Shown: positions 49,349 through 63,288 of the stretch, piece after piece
How the letters are laid out: every line of letters begins with the position of its first letter
How positions within the stretch are numbered: the stretch's first letter is position 1
Origin: Pseudovirgaria hyperparasitica
Taxonomy: Eukaryota
Assembly (NCBI GenBank): GCA_010093815.1
Contig: ML996576.1
Strand: one strand, 5' to 3'
DNA: 64,000 bases
Notes under the pieces: model-generated
What the model was told of the DNA's origin: nothing
The model's input: only the letters and a program-made list of their open reading frames with translations
Database searches by the model: none
Program-made: the position numbers and the translations under genes

Positions 49349-50846
49349 GGCTGCAGGTGGGCGAGGGGGAGTTGGTATGGGTGAGGGTTGGGTTGTTGTG
49401 GACGGTTGATATTTTTGGTGTTGATCGACTGTTCTGCTAGAGCTTTGAGCGGCGATGATGGAATGCGGATGCTGCCATGTTTAAGCGTGCCAGGTTTTGG
49501 GCTTCGGTATGATATCTACGACTAGCGTGATGCTATGTGCGCGCGAGGCTGCTCGAGAGATTGCAATCGACATGGTATTTGTGTGAGCCGATGCTGTATA
49601 TTTAGGTCATTTCGAGGTTGCTACATTAATGGTCTAATGCTACATGGATAGTGAGAATGTCTGATATGTGACATAAAGCGAATTCGTTCATATGACAGAA
49701 AGTTGACCAAGAATCGGAAGACGAGCCATCGTGCACTTGATAATAGATATCAGGGAACATTGAGCTAGAGAACTACGACCACGTAACAGATTACTAACAT
49801 GCCTTCCAGAAGTTTGGACACGGCGTCTTCCCAAAATTAATATGGCGCTGCCGATATGCTGAGCGTGCTCTGAGGGGCGTCGGCGGCCGAAGGCTCAGTC
49901 AGTCAAATTTCCACAGTCTTATCCCACTCGGTGAGATATACCATCAAGGGGCTAATAGTTCCAAGGGCTCAGTCTTTCAAAAACTTTAACAAGCGTAAAA
50001 TCGCATCTTCACCGCCACCTCTTTGTGCGGGTGTGTCCTATAGGAGCTGTTGCAACAGACATGATCGTGGTCGAGAAGGCCTCAGAACGGGCGCATCCTG
50101 GGCAGATGAGATATTTGCAAGACTCATCAACGATAGTGCGCATCTAGAGTTGGTGCATGCAAGGAAAGTAAGACGCGTACATGTTGTGATTGAGTTGACG
50201 AGATGCAGTAGAAGTTGGGAGCCGTGCCGAGGAAAGGAAGACGAGTGAACAGGACGAGTAAATAAAAAGCCACAGCCGACGCCAAGTGTGGCCAGATCCC
50301 ACCGATCGCCCACGGCCTCGCCGTACAACTACAACACTACACGTGTAAAAACGTGCTAAGACAGGAACATCAGCCCTGCGCTGCCCAAATCTGTTCTCCC
50401 CCATCTCTCAAACGAGTAAAGTGCATCGCCAGCGAAAACACACTCGTGGTCGCGACCGACTGAACGCAGATGGAGATCTTGACACTACCCGAGTGCTCGC
50501 TCGACCCTGATGGCTTGCAGTTCCAGACGACGCCAGCACCGTGGCTTTTGCCCGGACTGGGACAAGTCAACGATGGGATTACCGAATCTGTCTGATCTCA
50601 GGGCGTTTGATCGCTTTCTGACGTGGTCATGGGCGATTTTGACGGCTTGATTCGAAAGTCTGGAGTGTCCTATGGTAAATTGGACTCGACTAAGTTTTAC
50701 CCCTTGAGGCTCAGCATTCTGAATGGCATGGTGTGTCTTCATGGTATATATACTTGCAGCGCCACTAGATGGATGGATGTTGGATCACTGTGACTTTCTG
50801 GCAGAAGTAAAAGGCTACATTCGTTTTATTACAAAAGTCGTTCAAG

Positions 50847-52294
50847 ATGTTGAAGGCCGCATACATTCATTTCGTGCTGGTGCTGCTGGCTGCTTGTGCT
50901 CTCGCGCAAACAACAGTGCCATGCAAATGCACGAGTACCATGTATTGGAGGACGTATACTCTGAGAAGAACAGTTACTGGATCCGCGTCATGTACCAGCT
51001 TGAAGTTAACACCCACATGTCCTACATCAACACCAACCTCAACCTCCAAGGCATCTACAGTGGCCACCCCGACCTCTTCAAAGCCCACGACGACGAGCAC
51101 CACTCCTAAACCAAGCTCCAGCTCAGCGCCGACTCCTACTCCTACTTCTACTCCAAAGCCGTCATCGACATCCTTCTCTACTTCGACTACTTCGCCTAAA
51201 CCTTCTTCGACTTCTACCTCCGTATCTACTACTTCATCAAAGTCTTCTACGACGCCTAGCCCGTCACCGACCTCGACTTCTTCGCCGAAACCATCTTCGA
51301 CATCTTTAACATCTACTTTGATATCTACTACTTCATCCAAGTCCTCTACAACACCCAGCCCTTCACCGATCTCGACCACGTCACCAAAGCCATCTACAAC
51401 CTCAACTACCTCGTCAAAGCCGGCGAGTTCGTCCACAATCACAGGATGTGCTCCGACACCGACGAACAAGAGTTCTGGTAAGTTTTAACATCTCCATAAA
51501 AACGTTGAGACAACCACTAATTCTCCCCAGGCACTAAACGAGGAGTATCGTACAACGACTTGGCCTTGACAAACCTGTTCTCTACGTCCTGCGTGAAGAG
51601 CAAAGCCTCATGGGCGTACAATTGGTATAGCGCACCTGCCAATCAAGGCTCAGCTGCCGCATACAACACCGCCCTGACCTTCATCCCCATGCTCTGGAGC
51701 GCTGCAGATGCCCTGACAAGCGTATGGAACGCCAATGCCAACGCAGCAATTGCCAACGGAGCCAAGGCGCTGCTCTCCTTCAACGAGCCAGATGGCTGCT
51801 CGGACGGCGGCTCCTGCATGAATGCGACCTACGCGGCACAGAGCTACAAGACTTGGATGCAGCCGTTTGCCGGTAAAGCGAAGATTGGCGCTCCCGGTAT
51901 CACGAACGGAGGTGCCCCGATGGGGCTGACCTATCTGCAGAACTTCATGCAGGCCTGCAGTGGGTGCACCATTGACTTCATCACGATCCACTGGTACTCG
52001 GATGCTAGCCAGATTTCGGCATTCAAGAGCTATGTCCAGCAGGCGTACACGGCAGGTGGGAACAAGCCGATTTGGATCACGGAGTTTGGTTGCACGAGTG
52101 GGACAGACGCGCAGGTGCAGGCGTTCATGAAGGATGTCCTGCCTTGGTTGGACGCGCAGTCCTATGTGGAGAAATATGCCTTCTTTGGAGCGTTTGCGCA
52201 AAACCCGAGTGCGCCTTTCCTTTGGCAGGAGACGCTGGTGAACCAGGCTGGCACTGCATTGAGCAATACTGGCGTTATCTACGACCAGATATGA
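50847..52294 (+). CDS. Secreted GH128 beta-1,3-glucanase-like (Asl1-like) protein with Ser/Thr/Pro linker. Exons 50847-51477, 51531-52294
   Basis: Signal peptide, then KRG, WAYNW, FIPMLW, FNEPD, IHWY and PIWITEF (both catalytic Glu), and VEKYAFF. Confidence 0.92.
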
Positions 52295-53262
52295 TATCCT
52301 TTTTACTGTAATGGCTGATGTTTTCTTGGGTGGACATCGATATACTGGAGTCACTAACTGATGGGATGGAGGCGGCTTATCTCTAGATACCCATTCAATC
52401 AACTGCTTGCTGAACACTTCCAGACTTCTCTTCTTATTGCCATATTCTTCCATTCCTTGCCAAGCCTCTTCGCCTTAGCACTCATTAATCTTTCACGGGT
52501 AGTCGCCAACATGGCAACGAAACAGCATCGAAGTCCAGAGCTCGCCATTACAATACGTATCCCCCGTCCCCTCAAGCATGCGTGTGCTATTTTCACCACA
52601 GCATCTTCACAGCATAGGAAGCCCGCTCGACAGAGATCTTTGAACCGAATACTGGATTGTCGGCACGCGCCGAAGTCGCACTCACTCGGCGTCGATCTGA
52701 ATGTCAAATTCATAGAAGCACAGACATATCAGTCAAGGACTACTATCCCAAATCACACAAGTGCATCATGGGATGACAAAGATGCCTTAGCGACGGTAGC
52801 CATGGGGTAGAAGGATGGGAATCTGGAACATTAACATGGAGTTGAACTTGAACCTCAGGCTACATGTGTTTTCAGCACGCTAACCATTTTAGGTATGAGA
52901 GCCAAATCTAGACCACGACGGGACTGCCGAACGCCAAGTCCTGACATCGACGACTCAACCAGGATGCATTTACCCCTGCAATCGTCTAATACTTATTCAT
53001 GCAACGCGCTTTTACCTGCTTCACTGCATGCCCCATGTCTACATCAGGCCGTCTATCGCGTAACATTGGTGAAGAGAAGGGTCGTCTGCTAATCAGCATG
53101 ATGGATGCTCTTCATGACACTATCTCTAAAACACCGTAACACAACCTTCCTAGCTGCCAACATGCTCCGATGGACGTCCGAATGACCCATCAAGTGCTTC
53201 ATAAACACGATAAGCCTGCTCACGTGGTCTCCATGCAGCCAGTCTGTCGGCAGTACACTAGC

Positions 53263-53269
53263 TGAGTCA
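53263..53269. promoter_or_regulatory. Perfect TGAGTCA (Gcn4/CpcA-type bZIP site) ~450 bp upstream of the amino-acid permease
   Basis: Exact TGASTCA match in a plausible context; a single 7-mer can also occur by chance. Confidence 0.4.
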
Positions 53270-53715
53270 CCTTCTCAAAAGACAGTATCTCGTCTGCATG
53301 GAAGCGCCCTCTTAGCTGGAGAATACAGTCAGCCTGTTGAGGAGTATCCGTCTCCATAACGACGCCGTTGTCCTTTGATATTCACCAGGCTGCTCTTATA
53401 CAATGCTCAAAAGGCATATTATTCGAGAGAGAAAGCTGCACTACGCATAGAGAAGGCTAGTGGGCAACCGAACAGTGCGCTTGGATCGACCGTCTTTTCT
53501 CTCTCTTCTTCACGCGCACAACATATGGCCTAGCCCCAGGATATCTCAGGTGGGTGTTCGTGACGGCGATCTAAGAACCCACCCCTGGCTCCACCTTGCT
53601 GCAAGCGCCACAAGAGAATGAAAGCCACCATACGCAACCCAGACTTGTACCCTCGCCAGTATTTATATACCTCATGAGCTCCAGGTTCACCCGACTTCCC
53701 CATTTCATCGACATC

Positions 53716-55467
53716 ATGGGCAAAGAAACCGGTTACGTCGTGGAAGAGAAGGCGCCAGCCTACGGCTCGGGCGACGAAGAAGCTTCGATCAACGGTGTGA
53801 TTGAGAATGTCGACGGTCTGGCTCGTCAGCTCTCCAATCGTCAGATTCAATGGATGACCTTGGGTGGTGCTATCGGGACAGCTCTGTTCGTATCGATAGG
53901 CTGGGGTCTCATTGGCGGTGGACCAGGTCAGTATTCGCAGCGATCTGTTGGTATCTGTTATTGAACAAATTTCTAGGTTCTCTACTCATTGCCTTCACTT
54001 TCTACTCCTTAGTCATCGCTGCTGTCAACAATTGTATCGCCGAGATGACCACTTTCATGGTATGATATTTACCACTCGAGTGTTGCCTACTTGCTAACAG
54101 ACGATAAGCCTGTCTCCAGTTCTTTCATCAAGTTTGCTAGCATGTACGTCGACGATGCATTCGGATTCATGGCCGGGTGGAACTTCTTCCTATACGAGGC
54201 TATCCTTATCCCATTCGAGATCTCGGCACTCAATTTGGTGCTAACGTATTGGAGAGACGATATCCCGTTAGCTGCAGTCTGCGCGGTCGTCATTCTCCTG
54301 TACGCCATCTTCAACGTCTTCGTTGTCAAGTGGTATGGCGAAGCGGAATTCTGGCTCGCTTCCGGCAAACTTATCCTCATTGTCATGCTATTTTGTTTCA
54401 CATTCGTCACAATGTGCGGAGGCAACCCCAAGCACGATGCGTACGGTTTCAGGTACTGGCGTGAGCCCGGTGCTTTTGCTGAAAGCGTTACGACTGGCCC
54501 TCTTGGAAAATTCGAGGGATTCCTATCCTCGCTCTTTACTGCGGCATGGACCGTCTTTGGTCCAGAGTATATCTCCATGGTCGCTGGTGAGGCTGTGTCT
54601 CCTCGCACTACCATCAAACAGGCCTTCAAGACTGTTTACTGGCGCTTCGGTGTCTTTTTCATCGTCGGTGCTCTCTGTGTCGGTATCGTGGTTCCGTACA
54701 ACGACAAGACTCTCACACATGTCCTCAGCACATCAGGTAGCGGCACTGGCGCAGCCTCACCTTACATCATTGCTATGCAGAACATGGGCATCAAGTTCCT
54801 ACCCGACCTCACCAACGCTCTTCTTGTCACCTCTATCTTCTCTGCCGGAAACGCCTATACATTCTGTGCTTCTCGCTCTCTCCATGGTCTTGCAGTTCAA
54901 GGTCAGGCGCCAAAGTTCTTGCGCAAGACCACTCGTCGTGGTGTACCCATCTACTGCTTCTTGATCACCATGATCTTCCCGTTCCTCTCCTTCCTCTCTG
55001 TATCCGACGGATCCGCTCAGGCTATAAAGTGGCTCGTCAACCTTGTCACCGCCTCGCAAGTGCTCAACTATGTGATCATGTCCATCACTTACATCTGCTT
55101 CTACCGCGCGATGAAGGCACAGGGCTTCGATCGTAATGCGCTCCCCTACAAGGGCTGGTTCCAGCCATACTGCGCCTGGATTGCGCTCTTCTTTACCACC
55201 ATCATTGTTTGCATCCAGGGATATACTGTATTCCTGCCCAGCAAGACTGGTTTCGTTGTCGGCACCTTCTTCACCTATTACACAATGATATTTGTCTGCA
55301 TTCTCCTCTTTGTCGGGTGGAAGGTCGTCAAGAGGACTAAGTTCGTCAGGCCCGAGGAGGCAGATCTTGTTGGTGAGAGGCCATCCATCGACAAATATGA
55401 GGCGATGACTACGCCGCCATTGGGTCTGTGGGAGGATATTGCCAAGAGCCTGCGATTGAGGAAGTAA
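53716..55467 (+). CDS. Amino-acid permease (APC superfamily, YAT family). Exons 53716-53926, 53977-54059, 54109-55467
   Basis: LSNRQIQWMTLGGAIGTALF, YGEAEFWLASGK, GFRYWREPG and LPYKGWFQPY, with many transmembrane segments. Confidence 0.96.
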
Positions 55468-56043
55468 GTAGCGATCTTAAGAAAGAGGCTTGTATGAAAG
55501 GAAGAAAAGGACTACACAAAATTGCGGCTTGTTGCTGGCAATGACAGGGTGTTTGAGGTTGGACAATAAGATACCACGATACGATATGATATTGAATGAA
55601 GAAATGTTTCAAAGGTTCACAATGTTTTCATGATGGGCTCTCCACTTCTCTTGACAAAGCGAAAATGCCGTCATGTATTCATGGTATTGACACGGTAAGT
55701 CCGATACCGTACCTCGGGGTACCACAAAGCTAACGATACTTCCAGTTTGCCCCCAAGCAAGTTCAGAGTGAAGTGCTCGTCACCTAGTTCACTTGACAAC
55801 AGTATCGCACCACGTGCCCGCACCGCCAGGTATCCAATCACCTGCTCTTTCCAATTTCGTCCAATTTCCCGACGTCACAGTTCACTACGCACAATCTGCT
55901 GTGCGAGTATATATTCTGCCGTCACTCGTCTCAAACTGAACGTTCGCACCTCACAACACAAAGCCCTTTCCCTGAACGCAACAGCGTTCCCCACTCAAGC
56001 TCTACTTCTAAACATTCAGTTCAACGTCACTATTGTTGCAATC

Positions 56044-57229
56044 ATGTCTTCCACTCCATCCAAGAAGGATACCCATGATGAAGCTCAGTCCTCCTCGTCC
56101 GCCGAGCGCAAGGATCTCAAGAACGTCGCAGATCTCGATGACTTTCCCTCCGACGCCAGTGAATACGGTTCCACTGTCAGCAACGAGGCTACTCAAGCTT
56201 CGAACCGTACTGAAGACCAGCGCGGGAAGATGGCCTCTGCCATGCGTGGCAAGATGCGAGGTGGAGGTGCGATCCCAAGCGACATGATGGAGCAGTATGG
56301 TGTCAATGTCGACGATAGTGACGAAGGATGGGTCGACATCATCGACGTGCCTATGAATTGGAACGAACTGACCGAAGCTGAACGCAACAAAGCGATCCCT
56401 GGTTCGTACCCTGATGAGGATGCCAGCACTGCAGTTAATGTTGACGGCACCGCTGAGCCTGGCGCTGCTAAGAACGTCACTGGTAAGAAGTATCCTTTCT
56501 TTGTTCTACAAACACACGGAGATTCTCCTGCTCCGTCCGCCAATAGCACCAACATTGGAATCAGTCGCACAAAGGCGATCAGCGTCGTCAATGAATCTTT
56601 CATAAATCTCATACACCAGAAGAGAGTTGCTACGTTCGGAGAAGACTCTGACTCTGACGATGAAGCTGCGGCCGAGGCGCACAACAAGCGCATGATCGAG
56701 TTCGAGATCGATGCCAAGAATGCTCGCGAGATGCTTGGTGGTATGTTCGCTGAACACTTGGTATCGCAGCGTAGTCTGACTCAAATTTCGACGTGGATTC
56801 ACTAACCTCTTCACAGTCCCACCAATCCTGCGCCTCGAGCCGCTCCCCAAAACTTCACCAGAGCGCCAGATCGCCTACGAGCGTCTGATTGTTCTCCTTC
56901 GCAAGCGCTGGGCCGAGTCCCGCGACGCCGCGTCCCCGCCTACCGCACTCGACCTGATCACCGACCTGGCTGCTGAGATCCGCTTGGAATGCGAGCGCAG
57001 CATCCCGCACTTTGTGCCCAACAACGTCTTCGCCGCCCGCACCGCGGTCCTGGTCCCCTGGCGTCGTCGCGTCGTTCTCCTCTTCGAGAACGAGTGGATG
57101 GTCTGGCTGGCCGCAGAGGCGGAGAAGGGAGAAGGGGTGAGCGAGGGCATCGGCGCCAAGGGCGAGGTGTTCCCCAGGTCCGGATACCCGGACTGGGAGG
57201 CGAAGTACGGAAAGGCGTTTGGACATTAG
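56044..57229 (+). CDS. Hypothetical protein (acidic disordered N-terminal half, helical C-terminal domain). Exons 56044-56740, 56817-57229
   Basis: Strong codon bias; the GTATGT...CTAAC...CAG intron joins LGG to VPPILRLE in frame. Confidence 0.75.
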
Positions 57230-58964
57230 GGGTTCGTGTAGGAATGACGGAATGTCACCATTGAGGGGGTGTTATAGCACTCATATACGTCGCATCAATT
57301 GACATTTGTGCTGGTTTACATCGCTTCAAGCAGTCTTTTCGAGTGCACCTAACCACGTGTAACAGCATTCCGCAGCCTGGCAAGAATGACAAAGCAGCGT
57401 ACTTCGTAGGCCTACAACAGTACCTCAGTCCCCTGGACGCATCATTCTACGCATACCCATCAGCCAGTAAGCCGACCCCCAGCAGCCGACAACCTCGAAA
57501 AACAAGCAAGCCAATAAGCAGAATCCCCAATCCTCTCCTCTGTCCAACCAGCACGCCACATAATCAGCGGCCCGGAACGCACTTTATTGCTGTGTTGTGT
57601 GGTGTGTGAAAGGGGTATTTGGTGAATCTTGAACTCACGACGCTACGCAAGAGTATGGTGATTTAACCATCGTCGTATCAATGAGCTGCTTTCATGAAAT
57701 TGGAGAGGGGAGAGTGCCTCAGTTTCTTTGTCTTGCTTTAAGTGGTCAGTGGGCTGCATTCGCATTCACGTAGCCACCTTCATGATCAAGCGTACGGACT
57801 GCGAGATCAGGACGGATGTGGACTGACGATTCTATGTGAAGGAACATCTGTGAGCTCGTGGATGCGAGAAGGCTGGAGAAAGTTGCGGTAGAAACGAGTA
57901 ATGTATCGTGTGTGCTGGGTGGGCTGCGCCGTGATGAAGAGAGTTCTCTGCTGTTTGGGCATGTGGAAGTGCGGCTGTGTAGATCTCTATATTTGTTTCT
58001 GTGTATACACTTGGCTATATGGCCACGAAGCAGTTAGGTCTATTCTAAGCAGCGAACTTGAAATCTAGCTCGCTATGCAGGAAGCGGTAATTGTACCTCC
58101 TCATCATCATTCAATCCGCTGTGCATGTGAATGGCAGGCTTTTGTACTGAAGACTCCGAGATTGTGGCTAGGACAACACCAGAAACTGTTACAAAGATTT
58201 GCGATATTCCCTATTTAGACACAACGCATGGAGTGTTGGATTCTCTCAAGGCGGAATCCACTAATTACGCACCCTCGGAGCTAACACCTGATCTGTCTCA
58301 TGGTTCGGAACGCTATCCGGTGGTGTCTTGGCGTGTGCTAGCCCGGTATGGAAATACCTTAGGGACACACAGCACCATCACACATCATTTAAGTGGGTAC
58401 GCCCAACAAGACTGGTAAACTGCTTATTGATGCGAATATAGGTTCGTGAATGGTTCAACGGCAACTACAACTAGGTCTCAGGCAGCCTCTATAATTGCCG
58501 GGATCATGGAAAGTAGTCTAGTCTCCTTTCCTACTTCACGGTTGAGACACGTGCGTGTCTTCCCTGACTCATGAAGCAGGTCTCGGAGCGCATTGATCTG
58601 GTCCAAACGCTCATGCGTAAACGGCAACTCCCAGCGTGGCCAGGGCTGTTTGAAATCTGTCTTTGCATATGCGGAGCGCTTGCTCAGCATGAAGCTTGTT
58701 TAGTCAAAGCGCTAGTAGGGAGTGCAACCCCAAGAAGGACCGAAAGTAATATGTGTCTTTGGAAACTATGCTGGTATGTGTGTCTCTGCTTGGGAACTGT
58801 AAAGTTCTGACGATGTCAATTTCGGGAACACTCTGAGAAGTTATGTGTGTTTCTGCACCAAATGGAATACCGGTCCTGCTGAGGTCTATTGTACATGATC
58901 TAATGCTGTTATGATAATACAATGATGCTCGCTAAGTCGCAGAAAAAACATGAACACGAACCGT

Positions 58965-59924
58965 TCAGTTGAGGACATCCATCGGTCTCCATATATCAGG
59001 TAACTGTGTATTGAGTTGCCCCTGTGAATTCATGCTATGCTCTCTGTTCTTCAGTCTCAGCCATGCGGCCGAGCAAGCTTTTGGTGTCCAGGAGTCTGTG
59101 GCTCCAAATTCAGCCATCTTCTCACTTATGATCTCCCAGCGTTTAGTCTCCCAGTAGTCGTAAGCAGCCATTAAGGCTGCTTGATCCGCATCGTTGAAGT
59201 CCAGCAGCCTCCGCTGTCGTAATCGACGGTAGCGCATTTGCAAAGCCGGGACGCTGTAATCTTTGTTACACTGTGACCTGAAGATATCCGCTATCTTCTT
59301 CCATGACTGGTTTTGCTCGTCTTTCAATTCCAGGAGAAGCCGTTCTTCCTGCTCTTTGGTCGTCCCGCCTTCCTCTTCACTGCCGTGGCCAGAGAGTGAA
59401 GTTGCCGAGGCGCCTGAAGGGAAAGGATTGCTGCGTGAGCTGGAAAAAGTGCTCGCGTGATCGAATTCGGGATAGCTATTATGCCTTCGCGCGTGAGAAG
59501 GTGTAAAATGTGGTTGGGATGTCATGCTTTGCAGGTGCTCTTGATACGAAGAATCTTGATCACTGGTGGTCGGAGTTGGCGACTCCTGCCCTCGAATATA
59601 GGGGTACTGGGCCATGTTACTGCTCATTGTGTTGAATATGTTCGACTGTGCAAATGTTGGATCTAAAGACACGCTGCTTGAACAAGCAAGTTGAGACTAT
59701 TTCATGTCAGTATACGTCTGAAGATGCGGAGACGTCAAGCTTACTGAAGCGGTGATATCTGCGGAGCTCAGAGGTACGGGATAATAGCATTCATTCCAAG
59801 GGCCTGGTTGTGTGTTTTGAGAGCTATTTGCTATATCACACGGCCATCTGCTGTCGTGACTCAAGGGTGAATCTACTATGGAAGGTAGGTCTGACGGAGG
59901 TTGTGTCCATTGGATTTGGTCCAT
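58965..59924 (-). CDS. Myb/SANT-like domain protein (putative transcriptional regulator). Exons 59924-59745, 59696-58965
   Basis: EERLLLELKDEQNQSWKKIADIF...VPALQMRYRRLR, and a second repeat ALMAAY..WEIISEKM..WTPKAC; canonical 48-nt intron. Confidence 0.7.
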
Positions 59925-61337
59925 CTTCCAGATTCGGCCGATATATTGCGAGGTATATGTGGTATTCTGTCTTACGATGTTGCGAGGATGGTCTGGAACT
60001 GGTCAATACAAGCCTCAGTAGAGCAGCATCAGTTGTTCTATATATTCTTTGAAACGTCACAAAGCTAAGATCGTAGGTAGTGCGCTAGCAAGGACAAACT
60101 ACGAGAACTATCAGAACTATCTTGGCTGTCGACAAGTCATAAGCAAGAATACATAGTCGTTCTCCTAAAAGTACCATGACAGAGCATGCTAAAGGTGGCT
60201 TGTCACGCCAAAGAGGGTCCGCGTGTCCGTAAGGACCCCCATTCATCTAGGGACGTCGTTTTGCTCTAGTCGATCACCTAAAGTTGGCACTAATTAAACT
60301 ACGGCAAGTTCTCCATCTCGGGGTTATCCCATATAGCAGCCCTGGAGACTCCACCCTGGAATCTGTTTATGATGCTGTACCTGAGAGATGTGAAAAGCGC
60401 AGTAGTTTCGACCCTGCTGAAGGTCCAGGGATCGAGCACAGCTCGAGATCTCATCGATGCAGTGGTAGATAAAAAAAGGTGTCGTCACCCGAGCCCGAAA
60501 CTTGGACGTGTGTATACATCTGTGCTTGCCCTCTGGTAGATTATCCTACACTTTCCTGATTCCATGTCTTGCGTATATAGGTCTTGTCGTCACTAACCCT
60601 GTACCGCTATTTCTGTATTCGCTCGTGCTATGCAAGTGCTGGCCGAGATCATAGATGGGAGAAGTCGGAGAAGGCGTTCCGATGATGTTGAGGCGATGCT
60701 ACGGAGGGAGCTATGTCCGATTGTGTAATCCATCGTTGCTGAGTGATTGGGGGCGGGTTTAGTCCGAGCGTTTCACGCAAGTGTCTACTAGCTTAGCACG
60801 CATTCATCACACTCCAATCAACGAGTATTAAATCACTGTGTACTTTGCTATTTTTGTCCGTGCAAAGCGTGAAGCAGCGACGCTTCTTAGCCTCGCGGAC
60901 GGTGCAAGGCGCAGAACTGCTGACTGTAATAGATGTGGAGGCCGCGTTATCGGAATGACACAGTGTGATAATTCTAGCCCTGAGATCATAATTACCTATC
61001 TCAGCTCAGCGCTACTCGTAACTGTCTCGATTCGGAACTCTGCACGAGGACCTATCTGTGACTGATGGTCTTATCAAATCTGGCTACTTGGTGCTTGGAA
61101 AACGCTTCATGCTTAGTCGCTGAAAGCCTTTGCATGTCGATCACACTGCTGGAATAAACCGAGAAGTCTGGTACCTACAGCAACGTATGTACAGCAGATG
61201 CTTTTCATTATTGAAAACAAGTTAGTGCATCTGCTGAGACTACTACTAATACTACTCACGATTACAGATCCTTTTCAAACCGTTCAGCGGAAGGATTATA
61301 CAGAACACGTACACAATAGAACTGCCATCCGACCTCC

Positions 61338-61917
61338 TTACCCTCTCAAGTCCCTCGCGTACCTCCTCATCGACCTATCTTCTGGCTCATCTGGCAACAC
61401 AAATGTTACCGGAACATGATGGTTGTATATCGCCATCTGCACATAGTAGCCCGTCGCATGCTCCAGCACTCCAATCGCCCACTGTCCACCTCGATCGCCA
61501 CCTCCGCTCCTGAGCACCGTCGCGTCTACTTGATATCCTACCAACATGCTTCAGCATCATGTCACGTACAGACGTACCACTACTCTCACAATTCTTCCTT
61601 TCTACCGGACATGGAAAGGAGAACTTACCATATTCTTCACCCTCAACTCTCTTCAGATGATGTACAATTTCCTCGCCACTCACAAAGTCTGGGCACGGGT
61701 CGCCGGCCTTGGATCCGCAGCGGATAACAACGACATCAATGTCGATTGTCTGGACTTTGTAGTACGCGTATGCGCAATAAGTTAAATTGAAGGGTTTAGT
61801 CATTGTGATGACATCACCAGGCTGAGGAGATTTGATGCCGCCGTCTCCCATCTCGCACGTTGTTGCCGCAACAAAGGACACGCATAGAGCGAGGATGAGC
61901 TTGAACAGGGCGAACAT
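61338..61917 (-). CDS. Small secreted protein (~160 aa, 4 Cys in the mature part). Exons 61917-61629, 61537-61338
   Basis: Hydrophobic signal peptide; the GTAAGT...TAG intron joins EEY to GYQVDAT in frame. Confidence 0.8.
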
Positions 61918-63288
61918 TTTGTGGAACCTGAAACAATACTATTCTCGATAAGGGGAGGGAGATGAGGCTGGCTGTCTCAAGGCTGAGAGCTCAAGCCAGA
62001 ACGACGCAGCAGCCCTCATTTATATTGAGCTGCAGACCTACCAGCACCCATTCCCTTAGACTCGGAAAAAGCTCCTGCACAAGAAAAGCGGATACGACAG
62101 TTTTCGTGCTGTTGCGGCGCCGGTGCTACAGCGTACAAGATAGCGCCTAACGCAACGACTGTTGCCCTGGGCATGTCATACTGTATAACCTTGCAACGAG
62201 GAATGTACCTGGACCATTTCCTAGAGCTGACATCGGTCTACGAATTGGATTGATAATAGCATTAGGATGTACACGGCGTTATGGCTTTCTACAGTGCTCC
62301 TAATTAGTCTTTGATGCAGCCGTTTGTCCTGGAATGCGCCGTTCTTTTCCGGTAGACTTATAAAGCACCAATTCAATTTCTATATCTCAAAACCCTCCAG
62401 TGTACCTAGGTATATCCCCACGACAGATTCGCGTATCTAATTTGGTCACACAGCGGCACAGACCACATGTCTCGCCACCATGAGCACGGAATAATGCAGA
62501 CACACGACAGCTGTCGGACCACTACACATACGACACTCTACAGGGCTTGGCGAAAATGGATGCATATTCAGACGCTAGAAAATCCAGAGAGAGCCGCTAG
62601 AAAGGGTGGGATGGCTAAAATAGAATCGAGGTGAACAGGTATTGGGCTCGGAGGAGGAAACTGCAGTACCATGTGATACAGGCATTTGCTGCGCTTCCAT
62701 GGACGCAAATTCCTGTAATCTGTGTCAGTGAATACGTCAGAAATGTATGAACGGTATCGTCGCTTGGAACATAGGTGTAGGTGGTTGAACGTTTGCTCGA
62801 GGTTCATTCCACTGCTTAAGACTGAGTCAATAGCCTTGTGTTCACAGATTGCGTCAGCGTGTACAAATCCATTAATCTCTTACTTGATGGCGTGTATATA
62901 TTCATACAGAGCTGCGAGCTTTCACAAAATGTGTGGAACTTATGTCGATCCTCTCTTATGATGGAGTATGTCTGCGCGGCCGTAAATAGTCGGACAATGC
63001 CACTTGTTCAGCATACTGTTGTTGTCGCATATACCAATGATACGTATGATTACTGCCTCTATCGCCACTGTGAATGGTTTGTCAAGTGCTATATAGGAAG
63101 TGAAATGTTCACGGAGAGTGGGTTTCTCCACAAACAATCTTCAATACCTTTCCAAACTTACGACTTCGAACATCATCAACTTCCCAGCCTCACAACTTCA
63201 AAATAACCACTACCAAGCCACCATCTCCAACCCCATACTACACGAAGCCGAAATTTCCAAATAAAACAGACAATCAACCGTTTCTACC

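Noticed and set aside
50867..52453. Long minus-strand ORFs over GH128 (and similar ones over THO2, the dioxygenase and 47210-48202)
   Set aside because: Antisense shadows of biased or low-complexity coding sequence.
58131..58922. Short ORFs between the orphan gene and the Myb-like gene
   Set aside because: No motif, splice support or codon bias.
62526..62550. ACATACGAC...ACAGGGCTT resembling the start of fungal 5S rRNA
   Set aside because: Similarity ends after a few bases; no internal control region or 3' stem.
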